Source of the DNA: a virus
Lineage: Duplodnaviria; Caudoviricetes
IMG/VR virus record: IMGVR_UViG_3300037461_001180
Coordinates: 1-45,078 of that record
Length of the DNA stretch: 45,078 bases
Reading direction: 5' to 3' (one strand)
Part shown: positions 1-9,135 of the stretch, piece after piece
Layout of the letters: each line of letters begins with the position of its first letter
Numbering within the stretch: position 1 is the stretch's first letter
Translations under genes and position numbers: made by a program
Notes under the pieces: model-generated
Told to the model about the DNA's origin: nothing
Databases searched by the model: none
Seen by the model: the letters and a program-made list of their open reading frames with translations, nothing else

Positions 1-2
1 TT

Positions 3-1829
3 GGCCGGTCACTGCGGGCGCGGGGGTTGGGGCAGGAGACGATCCTGGCCGCGTTGCTGGCGGAGAATGCTGCGCGCTGTGACCCGCCGTTGCCAGAGGC
101 GGAGGTGCGGGCCTCGGCGGCGAGCGCGGTGAGCAAGACCGCGGGGCTCTCGGATTCTATTCGCCCCGGCTGGCTGCGGGAAAGGCCAGCGGGGGATGTG
201 GTACAGCTCGCGGAGACGCGGGCGGATCAGGCGCCGGGCGAATTGCCACCGGAGCGCCCCCCTCTTCATGTGGTGGGCGGAACGGATCATGACCCGCGGC
301 CGGTGCTGCGGGTGACGGCGGGGGGGCTGAAGGCGGATGTGGATGCCCTGGAGGCGCGCTTGTTGGAGGCGGGGGCGGAAATCTATCAGCAGGGGACGCG
401 CTTGGTACGCATCGGCCAGTGGGCGGCGGAGGAGGACATCCAGCGGGGGGCGGGAGCGGCGGTGCTGATCGACGTGTCGGCTACCTGGCTGCGGGATTAC
501 AGCTCCGGCTTGGTGCGCTTCGAGCGATGGGACAAGCGGGAGAAAAAGTGGCTGGCGACAAATTGCCCACCGGAGATGGCCGAGACGTTGTTGGCGCGGG
601 CTGGCGGCTGGCGCTTCCAGACCCTGCTGGGGTTCTGTGATGCGCCGACCGTGACACCAGCGGGTCGGTTGGTCCATGCGGCGGGGTACGACGCGGCCAG
701 CCGCCTGTACCTGGTGCATCCGCCCCTGATCGGGGATCTGGGAGCGGTGCGGCCGGAGGCGGTGGCGGCGGCGAGCAAATATCTATTCGGCCTCATCGAC
801 ACATTCCCGTTCGTTTCCGCGAGTGATGAGGCGGCGGCGTTGGCGATGATTCTCACCGTGCTGGTGCGGCGGGTGCTGCCCGCGGCGCCGATAGGCTGTG
901 TGTCGGCATCGACGCCCGGGACGGGGAAATCCCTGCTGGTGAACGCGATTGCGACGCTGGCGGTAGGGCGGTCGGCGGCGGTGGCGGCGATAGGCAAGGA
1001 TCAGGAGGAGCTGGAAAAGCGGGTGGATGCGGTGTTGCTGAAGGGCGACAGCTTGTGCTCATTCGATAATGTGGACAGGGCGGTGAAGTCGGATGTTCTT
1101 TGCCAGGTGACCACGGAGAGTTTTAAGTCCGTGCGGATTCTGGGGCTGAGTCGCATGGTGGATGCGCCGACGAATGTGACCTGGTTCATGACCGGGAATA
1201 ATCTGACGCTGTTGGGAGACCTGGTGCGGCGGACACTGGTCTGCAATCTGGACGCTGGCATGGAGCGGCCCGAGCTGCGGGAGTTCTCGCGCAATGCCAT
1301 CGAGCATGTGCGCGAGCGGCGGGGGCAGGGCATCCGGGCGGCGTTGACCATCATCAAGGGTTATTTGGATGCCGGATGCCCGCCGATTGTGGTGGACGGC
1401 AAACCGCTATCGACATTCGGGAGTTTTGAGATGTGGGACAAACTGGTGCGGAGGCCGCTGATGTGGGCCGGTTGGCCTGACCCGCTGGCATCGGCGGAGG
1501 GTATGCGGGAGCAGGATCATGAATTTGGTGGGATGGTGGATTTCTTGAGGGCCCTGCTGGAGGCGTCGGATGGGCGGGCCATGACAACGGCGGAGATATT
1601 GGCGCTCATGCGGGAGCGGCAAGGGGATTATGTCGATGGCCCCCGCTGGCCAGAACTGTTTGAAGCGGGGGAGACGGTTTTCGGGCCGTCGCGGGATTGG
1701 GACGCGCAGAAGCTGGGCTATCGGCTGCGGCCGTGGAAGCTGCGGGTGCTGGGGGGGTTGCGGCTGGTGCAGGATCAAGCCAAAGGGCGGCGGGCAGGTC
1801 GGTTTTGGCGGGTGGCGCCTGCGCGGTAA
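3..1829 (+). CDS. Phage primase/helicase-like replication protein (PriCT-like helical domain plus P-loop NTPase), 5'-truncated
   Basis: Frame is open from position 3. 'LLAENAARCDPPLPEAEV' resembles a primase C-terminal motif; Walker A 'PGTGKS', Walker B-like 'SFDNV', 'TGNN' sensor and 'DLVRR' arginine finger follow. Confidence 0.75.
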   Translation, partial: GRSLRARGLGQETILAALLAENAARCDPPLPEAEVRASAASAVSKTAGLSDSIRPGWLRERPAGDVVQLAETRADQAPGELPPERPPLHVVGGTDHDPRPVLRVTAGGLKADVDALEARLLEAGAEIYQQGTRLVRIGQWAAEEDIQRGAGAAVLIDVSATWLRDYSSGLVRFERWDKREKKWLATNCPPEMAETLLARAGGWRFQTLLGFCDAPTVTPAGRLVHAAGYDAASRLYLVHPPLIGDLGAVRPEAVAAASKYLFGLIDTFPFVSASDEAAALAMILTVLVRRVLPAAPIGCVSASTPGTGKSLLVNAIATLAVGRSAAVAAIGKDQEELEKRVDAVLLKGDSLCSFDNVDRAVKSDVLCQVTTESFKSVRILGLSRMVDAPTNVTWFMTGNNLTLLGDLVRRTLVCNLDAGMERPELREFSRNAIEHVRERRGQGIRAALTIIKGYLDAGCPPIVVDGKPLSTFGSFEMWDKLVRRPLMWAGWPDPLASAEGMREQDHEFGGMVDFLRALLEASDGRAMTTAEILALMRERQGDYVDGPRWPELFEAGETVFGPSRDWDAQKLGYRLRPWKLRVLGGLRLVQDQAKGRRAGRFWRVAPAR

Positions 1830-1891
1830 GGGGCTTGTCAATCGCGTTGTTGTGGTTTATGCCACAAAAACGCGGGAGGTGGCGACGGATG

Positions 1892-2008
1892 CGTGTCGAT
1901 AGTGACGACGTGATGATGGATTCCCCCATTACGCGGGATTTGTCACTGAGTCTTGTGTATTTAATGAATAGTGGGTGTATAGATCGTCACATTGACACTA
2001 TCGACACG
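1892..2008. repeat. 26-bp imperfect inverted repeat flanking an AT-richer core; putative replication origin
   Basis: cgtgtcgatagtgacgacgtgatgat (1892-1917) matches the reverse complement of 1983-2008 at 22/26 positions; lies just downstream of the helicase gene. Confidence 0.6.
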
Positions 2009-2024
2009 GGCCAGGACATCTGAC

Positions 2025-2339
2025 GTGAGTATCCATGGGGGGGGGTCGCCGTGGGTGCGCCGTGGGCGGTATGCCTGGGATGGTCCCGGGGGGGTTAGGG
2101 TCAGCGCGGCGCGGAGAGGGTCGGGCGAGGAGGCGGGGTGGTGCTACTCGGCCTGGGGGGCGGAGGATTCCCCGGAGCTGAGCTACTGGCAGTGGCATGA
2201 CGCGGCGTGTGTTGAGGAGAGCCAGGAGCGGGGCCAGGAGACGCCCGCGCGGCGGCGGTGTCTGGGTGTCTATGCGGAGGCGGGGGCAGCGCGTCAGGCG
2301 TGCCTGGACTGGTTTACGGGGCAGGGGGAGCGCGATTAG
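2025..2339 (+). CDS. Hypothetical phage protein (Trp-rich)
   Basis: Open frame with GTG at 2025; its stop overlaps the next GTG start. Confidence 0.55.
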   Translation: MSIHGGGSPWVRRGRYAWDGPGGVRVSAARRGSGEEAGWCYSAWGAEDSPELSYWQWHDAACVEESQERGQETPARRRCLGVYAEAGAARQACLDWFTGQGERD

Positions 2340-2587
2340 TGGATGTGCTTAGCGATACGCAGCAGGCCCTGCTGGCGGCTGGCCTGGACGAGGGGCCGGT
2401 ACGAGCGGTGATGCGGGCGCAACGGGCGCGCTGGGGGGGCGGGGAAGCGTATGTGCGGCGGGTGGACCCGCAGGAGCGGGAGAGTGCTATCCGGGAGACA
2501 GTGGCGCGCGGCCTGACACCGCGCCACGCGGCGGCGGTGGTGGGATGCTCCGAGGATACGATTCGCCGGGTGTTGGGGAGGGGATGA
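2339..2587 (+). CDS. Mor/C-like HTH transcriptional activator (probable late-gene regulator)
   Basis: 'WGGGEAYV' followed by a C-terminal HTH 'GLTPRHAAAVVGCSEDTIRRVL' is the Mor-family pattern; lies upstream of the packaging genes. Confidence 0.65.
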   Translation: MDVLSDTQQALLAAGLDEGPVRAVMRAQRARWGGGEAYVRRVDPQERESAIRETVARGLTPRHAAAVVGCSEDTIRRVLGRG

Positions 2588-2616
2588 AAACAAGGAAAAC
2601 AAGGGTGAGGTTTGGG

Positions 2617-2644
2617 TTGACACGGTTGCGAGAGCGTGTAGAAT
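2617..2644 (+). promoter_or_regulatory. Near-consensus sigma70 promoter
   Basis: TTGACA (2617-2622), 16-nt spacer, TAGAAT (2639-2644), in an intergenic region upstream of the small-ORF cassette. Confidence 0.75.
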
Positions 2645-2701
2645 TAACATTGAGGGGAGGGCATGGGGCCCGAACCGAGGGGAGATTACCGGAGAGAGAA
2701 G

Positions 2702-3043
2702 ATGAGCATTCAGATGAATTGGGACGAGCCTTACTCTGCCATAGATGTGGACTCCCCCAGGTACGATCATGAATATGAGCTTTACGCAGCACTTGAGGAC
2801 GCTGAAACCTGCTGGGGTGAAGTCACTAGTCAGCACTTATCCGAGGTGTCTTTGGCGGGCGACTCGTGGCCTGGCGCAGTCCACGATATTGATCGCGCAT
2901 TCAGGGTGGTGGTTGAACTCAGGAAAAAGCTGGGGCTTCCACACACGCGAGAGACGCGGCGAACCGCTGATGGCCGAATTTATCAAGTCTGGGGTCCCGT
3001 CTTAGATGCCCCGGCAGACGCAAGCCAAGACATCCCCTTTTAA
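2702..3043 (+). CDS. Small acidic hypothetical protein ending in DIPF
   Basis: GGAGAG RBS before ATG 2702; 113 aa; acidic. Confidence 0.7.
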   Translation: MSIQMNWDEPYSAIDVDSPRYDHEYELYAALEDAETCWGEVTSQHLSEVSLAGDSWPGAVHDIDRAFRVVVELRKKLGLPHTRETRRTADGRIYQVWGPVLDAPADASQDIPF

Positions 3044-3053
3044 CCCAACCCAG

Positions 3054-3403
3054 GCCCACGGACGGGTCACTTATTGGAGAGAGAGCATGAAAACCACGAT
3101 CAAACTGAATGGCAGCCTGGTAGAGCTTAGCTACGACAGCGAGGACTACGAAGGCGAACCCACGCGAGTCACCCGGCAGTTTTCAGTACCCGCCAGCGGT
3201 GGATATGTGCGTGAATGGCTCCCAACGCGCAAAGAGTGGGTTCAGGTTTGCGACCGTCTGAGCACGCGCGGCAATACGCTGCACACGCACAACGGCGATC
3301 CCGCGGCCCTGCTGGCGCTGATTCGTAGCGAATGGCAGGCCAAGCGGCGCCACGACAAGGCGCATGACTTGGCATAGACAACAAACCCATGCCCACGGAC
3401 GGG
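3054..3403 (+). repeat. 13-bp intergenic direct repeat GCCCACGGACGGG (3054-3066 and 3391-3403)
   Basis: Two identical copies, each just upstream of an RBS in the moron; each can fold as a small hairpin. Confidence 0.75.
3087..3377 (+). CDS. Hypothetical moron protein
   Basis: GGAGAG RBS before ATG 3087; 96 aa. Confidence 0.7.
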   Translation: MKTTIKLNGSLVELSYDSEDYEGEPTRVTRQFSVPASGGYVREWLPTRKEWVQVCDRLSTRGNTLHTHNGDPAALLALIRSEWQAKRRHDKAHDLA

Positions 3404-3421
3404 CCGCAACCGGAGAAGACA

Positions 3422-3616
3422 ATGACCACCAACCGCACCGCCGAAGACGCTTACGCCGAAGCCCACGCCGAAGCCCTTGTCCTCCTTTTTGAAATCTGGG
3501 AGCAGATTGACAACATGCCCGCACCCAGCGATCAAACCAACTGGGGCCACGTTGGCGACATGAACCGCATCGTGACCCTGCTGCGGCCCATCCTGTTTCC
3601 GGGAGAGGCATCATGA
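3422..3616 (+). CDS. Small acidic helical hypothetical protein
   Basis: GGAGA RBS before ATG 3422; stop overlaps the next ATG (ATGA). Confidence 0.7.
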   Translation: MTTNRTAEDAYAEAHAEALVLLFEIWEQIDNMPAPSDQTNWGHVGDMNRIVTLLRPILFPGEAS

Positions 3617-3789
3617 CCACATCCCCCGGCGCCGCCCTGGCGGCCATGCGACCGTGGCGCAACGTGCGGTGCGCGGTGTGCGGCAAGGCGTATCAGGCCC
3701 AAGACAGCCGCGCCACCTACTGCTCAAATCGCTGCCGTCAAGCGGCGAAATACGCTAGGCAGAAGGCGAAGCGCCCTGACCTAACTTAA
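3613..3789 (+). CDS. Small zinc-finger protein (CxxC...YCSxxC with basic tail), not in the ORF track
   Basis: Translated by hand: MTTSPGAALAAMRPWRNVRCAVCGKAYQAQDSRATYCSNRCRQAAKYARQKAKRPDLT (58 aa); GGAGAGG RBS. Confidence 0.75.
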   Translation: MTTSPGAALAAMRPWRNVRCAVCGKAYQAQDSRATYCSNRCRQAAKYARQKAKRPDLT

Positions 3790-3804
3790 GCCCCCCATGG
3801 ACAC

Positions 3805-3829
3805 AAGACCCGCCACGGCGGGTTTTTTT
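3805..3829 (+). terminator. Rho-independent terminator closing the moron
   Basis: ACCCGCC-AC-GGCGGGT inverted repeat followed by a T tract. Confidence 0.85.
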
Positions 3830-3917
3830 GTGCCTGTAACTGCCGCAAAACTGGGTAGATTTGCGGTCGGGACACTGAAATGATGATCCTGGGTACACAG
3901 TAGGGCGGAGTGGGGCT

Positions 3918-4520
3918 ATGCACGACCCAGCAGAACACGCAGAGCAAACGCCGATGCAGATGGCATTTCCCTATGCCGCATCGCTGCGGATGACGAAGCA
4001 GCAGTACGAATACGCGACCATTCGCGGGCGCTTGCCAGCCAGTTTTGCAGACTGGCAATGCAAATTGCTGGCGGATGGAGTGGCGGAGTCTGAATTCGGG
4101 CGCTATTCCCGGCAGGAGAGGCGGCAAATATCCACCGTGCTGTGCCGCTGGCACGCGATGCCCGCCGTCCAGGCGCAAATCGAGTACGAGCGGGCGCTGA
4201 GCCTAAAGACACGCCTGGCGGAGCCGTTGCGGGCCTGGCAGGCAAAGATGGCGAAGCTCTATGCGATGGCGGCCGGCGAGCTGCCGCTGACCCGCACTGT
4301 GTGCCAGATCGGGGAGGATGGCTCACGCAATCTGTTGATCGAGGAGTACCACGAAACCTCGCTGACGGCACTGGCGAAGGCCGTCGAGATGGAGGGCCGG
4401 GCCCTTGCAGTGTTCAAAGACCGCCAGGAGCTGAGCGGGCCCGATGGCGCGGCGGCGGCTATCGAAGTGCGGTTCGTGTCGCCCAGGGCGGCCGACGACG
4501 ACAATCCGGGCGAGGGGTAG
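3918..4520 (+). CDS. terS: Terminase small subunit
   Basis: Upstream of TerL; C-terminal 'FKDRQELSGPDG...IEVRFV' is typical of TerS. Confidence 0.7.
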   Translation: MHDPAEHAEQTPMQMAFPYAASLRMTKQQYEYATIRGRLPASFADWQCKLLADGVAESEFGRYSRQERRQISTVLCRWHAMPAVQAQIEYERALSLKTRLAEPLRAWQAKMAKLYAMAAGELPLTRTVCQIGEDGSRNLLIEEYHETSLTALAKAVEMEGRALAVFKDRQELSGPDGAAAAIEVRFVSPRAADDDNPGEG

Positions 4521-4524
4521 GCCC

Positions 4525-4884
4525 ATGCCAGTCGCCGAGGCGCAGCAGGTGACGCGGGAGAAGATTTTGGAGGCGTGGCGGGCGTTGCCCGAGGGGTGCG
4601 GTATCACGACGCTGGGCCTGGCCTGGCTGGCGGGGTGTACGGAGGAGCACCGAGTGCGCGCGGCGGTGTCCTGGCTGCTCCTGGGGGGCCTGGTGGAGCT
4701 GGCGGGGGACCACTGGCGCCGGGACCGGCGAGGGCGCCTCTACCGGACGCGCCTCTACCGCTGGACCGGGCGGGAGGATATTCGGCGGGTGGCGCGCGAT
4801 GAGGAAAAACGGCGAAGCGAGGCCGAAGTTGCGCAGGACCTGCAAAAGCTGGCGGCCTCCTGGCTGTCGCGGCGGTGGGTGTGA
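4525..4884 (+). CDS. Hypothetical protein, possible winged helix
   Basis: ATG 4525 follows the terS stop; its stop overlaps the terL start. Confidence 0.55.
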   Translation: MPVAEAQQVTREKILEAWRALPEGCGITTLGLAWLAGCTEEHRVRAAVSWLLLGGLVELAGDHWRRDRRGRLYRTRLYRWTGREDIRRVARDEEKRRSEAEVAQDLQKLAASWLSRRWV

Positions 4885-6185
4885 GCCAAGTATCCGGGAA
4901 GATGGCGCGCGTGGTGGAGGCGCCTTTCGCAGAGGTGTTCTCCGGGCTGTTTGAGCCGGCCAGGTACAAAATAATGCACGGTGGCCGAGGCTCCGGAAAA
5001 TCCTGGGCAGCGGCAAGGGCCCTGCTCATCCAGGCCGCGCAAGCACCGGGGGGGCTGCGGGTGTTGTGTGGCCGTGAGGTGCAGCGGTCGATCAAAGAGT
5101 CGGTGCATCAACTGCTGTCGGACCAGATTCCGCAACTGGGCCTCGGTGGCTTCTATCGCATCCTGGACACCGAGATTCGGGGCAGGAACGGGGCCAAGTT
5201 CTCATTTGCTGGGCTGGCTTCGCATACAACGGAATCCGTGAAAAGTTACGAGGGGTACGACCGTGTGTGGGTCGAGGAGGGCCAAAGCGTCTCACGGCAT
5301 AGCTGGAACATTTTGACGCCGACGATCAGGCGAGATGACTCCGAGATATGGGTGACGATGAACCCGGACCTGCTGACGGGGGAAACCTATGTCCGGTTCG
5401 TTGCCAACCCTCCGCCTGATACCTGGGTGCGGCAAGTCAATTTTCACGATAATCCCTGGTTCCCGGCTGTGTTGGAGGAGGAGCGCGCGCATTGCGAGCG
5501 GACGCGACCGCCGGCGGAGTATCGCAATATCTGGCTCGGTGAGCCTTTGCGCACGGCGGAGGGGGCCTATTACGCGGATCAGATCATCGCGCTGCGGGCT
5601 GCCGGGCATGTGAAGGAGGTGCCGTACCAGGCGGGGGTGCCAGTCTCGACGTGCTGGGACCTGGGATACAACGACACCACGGCGATCTGGTTTTTCCAGC
5701 ACATTGCCGGGGAGACGCGGTTTTTGGCCAGCTACCAAAATGCGGGGGAATCGCTGGAGCATTACGCCAGGCATCTGATGGAGCGCGGCTGGATGTTCGA
5801 CCGGCACTACCTGCCACACGATGCCCAGCACAAGTCCTTGCAAACAGGCAGGAGCACAATCGATCTGCTGGAGGATTTACTGCCAGGTCACCGCTTTGAG
5901 GTGGTGCCGCGGGTCGAGAATGTCCTGACGGGCATCGAGGAGACGCGGTTGCGGTTGATCGGGCCTGTCTATTTCGACGCGATTGGGTGTCACGAGGGCC
6001 TGACGGCCCTGGAGCGGTATCGCAAGGAGTGGAGCGAGAAGCTCCAGACGTTCAAACCGACCCCGTTGCACGATCAATACTCGAATTATGCGGACGCTAT
6101 CCGCCAATGGGCCCAGGGCTGGCAACCGCGGGGCGCCAATGGACCGGGTAAACGGACACGGGCGGCCGGGTGGCGGGGGGTATAG
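4881..6185 (+). CDS. terL: Terminase large subunit (PBSX/Terminase_3-type ATPase plus nuclease)
   Basis: Walker A 'HGGRGSGKS', 'CGREVQRSIKESV', Walker B 'VWVEEG', 'LTPTIR', nuclease motifs 'WDLGYND' and 'YADA'. Confidence 0.95.
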   Translation: MSQVSGKMARVVEAPFAEVFSGLFEPARYKIMHGGRGSGKSWAAARALLIQAAQAPGGLRVLCGREVQRSIKESVHQLLSDQIPQLGLGGFYRILDTEIRGRNGAKFSFAGLASHTTESVKSYEGYDRVWVEEGQSVSRHSWNILTPTIRRDDSEIWVTMNPDLLTGETYVRFVANPPPDTWVRQVNFHDNPWFPAVLEEERAHCERTRPPAEYRNIWLGEPLRTAEGAYYADQIIALRAAGHVKEVPYQAGVPVSTCWDLGYNDTTAIWFFQHIAGETRFLASYQNAGESLEHYARHLMERGWMFDRHYLPHDAQHKSLQTGRSTIDLLEDLLPGHRFEVVPRVENVLTGIEETRLRLIGPVYFDAIGCHEGLTALERYRKEWSEKLQTFKPTPLHDQYSNYADAIRQWAQGWQPRGANGPGKRTRAAGWRGV

Positions 6186-6217
6186 ATGATGGGTAAAACA
6201 CTTTTTACGAGGCAAGT

Positions 6218-6685
6218 ATGGGCATTGTGGTAGGCGGTGAGCGGGCGTGGCGGAAGTTCCGAAAAGGGGATATTGCCATCGCCCTGCATTGGGTCAACGG
6301 CGAGCCGGCCATGGTGCTGTTTCCGGCGCACATGACGCAGGGTCGGGTGCAGCGGATTACGCCGTTCGTCATCCCCCTGAGCGTGGGCCATGAGTATGTG
6401 GCATCAGATGGGCATCCTAACCTGCTGCGGGCGCTGAAAGGGGCGACGGAGGCGGCGATGTGTCTGGGCATGACGCCGGAGATGAGCACGGTACACCGCA
6501 TCATCGACGCCATTGTCGAGACGATTCCGGATCTGGTGAGTATGCCGCCAGAACCAGTGGCCATGCAGCGAGTGGACCGGGGGCAGCCGGTCGGGGAGCT
6601 GTCGATTCAGGTGGATGGGCAGGTGGTGAAGGAGGTCGAGGTGACGGACCCGGCCGCCGACGGGCAATGGGGGGGACGGTCATGA
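6218..6685 (+). CDS. Hypothetical phage protein between terL and portal
   Basis: GAGG RBS; 155 aa; stop overlaps the portal start. Confidence 0.75.
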   Translation: MGIVVGGERAWRKFRKGDIAIALHWVNGEPAMVLFPAHMTQGRVQRITPFVIPLSVGHEYVASDGHPNLLRALKGATEAAMCLGMTPEMSTVHRIIDAIVETIPDLVSMPPEPVAMQRVDRGQPVGELSIQVDGQVVKEVEVTDPAADGQWGGRS

Positions 6686-9135
6686 TTCGGGACGATGGTA
6701 TCAGCCAAAGCGTGGGGACATCGCCTTTCGATGATCCGACGGGGCGGGGGGGCGTGGTGGCGGTGCCTCCGCCAGTGAAGCCGCGCAAAAGCAATTTGGA
6801 TAGTCCAGCCAATCGCAAGCGGTTGACCCATCTGCGCGATTGGATGGAGCAAGAGACCCAGCGCCAGGCGGCGAATCGCTACCAGATGGCCCTGGACGCG
6901 GATTACTACGACTCGCTGCAATGGAGCGAGGAGGAGGCCCAGGTGCTCCTTGACCGCGGTCAGGCGCCGGTGGTGTACAACGAGATTGCGCCGACCATCA
7001 ACTGGATGCTGGGCACCGAGAGGAGGACCCGCATCGACTACAAGGTGTTGCCCAGACGCAAGGAGGAAGGGGACCTGGCCGAGGTCAAGACCAAGCTCCT
7101 CAAATATCTGAGCGACGTGAATGGGGAACCCCTGGCCCGTAGTCGTGCTTTTGCCAGCGCCGTCAAGTCCGGGGTGGGCTGGCTGGAGGTCGGGGTGCGG
7201 GGCGACGAGAGCGACGAGCCCATCTTCTACCGGGCTGAGGACTGGCGCTATGTGCTGTACGACAGCCAGAGCGTGGAGCCGGACCTGGCCGATGCGCGGT
7301 ATCTGTTCCGCACGAAGTGGGTGGATGCCGACGTGGCGGAGGCCCTGTTTCCGGAGCGGGTGGGGCTGGTGCGGCAATCAGTGGTGGATGCCTCTAGCCT
7401 GGAGGAAGAGGACGCCGACGATCCCTGGTATATGGGGGCGCGGGTGACCGAGCCGGGGTCTGATTATCAGCGTCTGGGCAAGTACCGGCCTTACGACGCG
7501 GGCGCCCTCGGCGAGATCAAGCGGGATCGCGTCAAGCTGATCGAGGCTTGGTATCGGGAACCCGGACGGCGGGATGTGTTTCGCTCGGGACCCCAGGCGG
7601 GGGAGGCCCTGGACCCGGGCAACCCGGCCCATCAAGCGGCGGTGGAACAGGGAGCTTCGACCCATGACGGCCTGGTGATGGAGGTGCGGATAGCGATCTA
7701 CTGTGACGCCGGCCTGCTGTTTGAAGGCCCCAGTCCCTATCGGCATGGCCGCTTCCCATTCGTGCCGGTGTGGGCCTATCGCCGGCAACGGGATAACGCC
7801 GCCTATTCGCCGATTCGCGTCATGCGCGATTCCCAGGACTCGCTCAACAAGCGCGGCAGCAAGGCGTTATGGATTCTGTCCAGCAACCGGGTGATTGCCG
7901 AAGAAGGGGCGGTGGACGATTGGGAGCAACTGCGCGAGGAGGTGGCGCGGCCCGATGCCCTGATCATCAAGGCGCGCGGCAAGGAGCTGACGATTGACCG
8001 CGACGTGCAACTTGCCGACCAGCATTTACGCCTGATGGACCGGGACACCCTGGCCATTCGCAATGGTGGCGGGGTGACGGCGGAGAATCTAGGGCGGGAG
8101 ACCAACGCCAGTAGCGGCAAAGCGATCATCGCCCGGCAGGACCAAGGGACGGTGGTCACCAGCGAGCTGTACGACAACTTGCGCTGGGCGGTGCAGTGGG
8201 CAGGGGAAATTGAACTTAGCCTGGTCGAGCAATTCATCACGGGCGAGAAGGTGGTGCGCCTGGTCGGAGATCGGGGAACCGCGAGTTTCGTCGAGATCAA
8301 CACGCAGGACCCGGTGACCGGGCAAGTGGTCAACGATGTGACCGCCAGTAAGGCTGATTTCGTTGTGTCCCAGCAGGATTACCGGGATTCCCTGCGCCTG
8401 GCTATGTTCGAGTCGCTGTTTGAGATCGTCGGGCGATTGGCGCAGATGAATCCAGATGTGGCCCTCAACATGCTCGATCTGGTGGTGGAGATGGCGGACG
8501 TACCCAACCGCGACGAACTGGTGGCGCGGATCAGGCAACTGAATGGGCAGCGTGATCCGGACAGCGAGCCGACGCCGGAGGAGCAGCAGCAAATGGCCCA
8601 ACAGGCGGCCATGCAGCAGGCGCAGCAGCAGTTGGCGATGGCGCAGATGGAGGCGACGGTGGCCAAGCTGCAAGCGGAAGTGGACAAGGTGAAGGCTGAT
8701 CAGGAGAAGGCCCAGGCCGAGAGCATCAACAAGCGGTTGGAGGCCATGTATTCGGCCCTGCAATCGGCGCAGATCGTGGCGCAAGCGCCAGGTGCGGCGG
8801 TGATGGCGGACGAGATCATGAAGGGCGCCGGGTTCGATGACCCGGTGTTACGCCAGGAGCAAGCGATGATCCAGGAGGCGGCGGCCCAGCAGCAGGCGGC
8901 TATGCAGGAACAGGCGGCCATGCAGCAGCAGGCACAGCAGCAGGCCATGGCGGAGCAACAGATGGCGGCCCAGGCCGAACAGCAAGCCCTCGCGGGTATG
9001 CAGTCCATGCCAGGCCCGGGTAACCCGATGGCGGGGGCCAAGATGCCAGCCAGCCCCGCCCCGGCTGATCCATCGGCCCTGGAAGGGGCGCGGCAGGGCA
9101 TCGAGACGCCGCAAAACGATGGGCTGATGGGATGA
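6682..9135 (+). CDS. Portal protein (P22-like) with long Q/A/M-rich C-terminal helix
   Basis: 'DYYDSLQW', 'YNEIAPTINWMLG', 'FPFVPVW', 'DSQDSLNKR', 'ASSGKAIIARQDQG'. True start is probably ATG 6682 rather than 6460. Confidence 0.92.
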   Translation: MIRDDGISQSVGTSPFDDPTGRGGVVAVPPPVKPRKSNLDSPANRKRLTHLRDWMEQETQRQAANRYQMALDADYYDSLQWSEEEAQVLLDRGQAPVVYNEIAPTINWMLGTERRTRIDYKVLPRRKEEGDLAEVKTKLLKYLSDVNGEPLARSRAFASAVKSGVGWLEVGVRGDESDEPIFYRAEDWRYVLYDSQSVEPDLADARYLFRTKWVDADVAEALFPERVGLVRQSVVDASSLEEEDADDPWYMGARVTEPGSDYQRLGKYRPYDAGALGEIKRDRVKLIEAWYREPGRRDVFRSGPQAGEALDPGNPAHQAAVEQGASTHDGLVMEVRIAIYCDAGLLFEGPSPYRHGRFPFVPVWAYRRQRDNAAYSPIRVMRDSQDSLNKRGSKALWILSSNRVIAEEGAVDDWEQLREEVARPDALIIKARGKELTIDRDVQLADQHLRLMDRDTLAIRNGGGVTAENLGRETNASSGKAIIARQDQGTVVTSELYDNLRWAVQWAGEIELSLVEQFITGEKVVRLVGDRGTASFVEINTQDPVTGQVVNDVTASKADFVVSQQDYRDSLRLAMFESLFEIVGRLAQMNPDVALNMLDLVVEMADVPNRDELVARIRQLNGQRDPDSEPTPEEQQQMAQQAAMQQAQQQLAMAQMEATVAKLQAEVDKVKADQEKAQAESINKRLEAMYSALQSAQIVAQAPGAAVMADEIMKGAGFDDPVLRQEQAMIQEAAAQQQAAMQEQAAMQQQAQQQAMAEQQMAAQAEQQALAGMQSMPGPGNPMAGAKMPASPAPADPSALEGARQGIETPQNDGLMG

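Noticed and set aside
6460-6681. Extended portal N-terminus from the ORF track
   Set aside because: It overlaps the preceding gene out of frame; ATG 6682 with an ATGA overlap is more plausible.
8560-9000. CAG-rich repeats in the portal gene as a contingency locus
   Set aside because: Degenerate Q/A/M coiled-coil coding sequence typical of P22-like portal C-termini.
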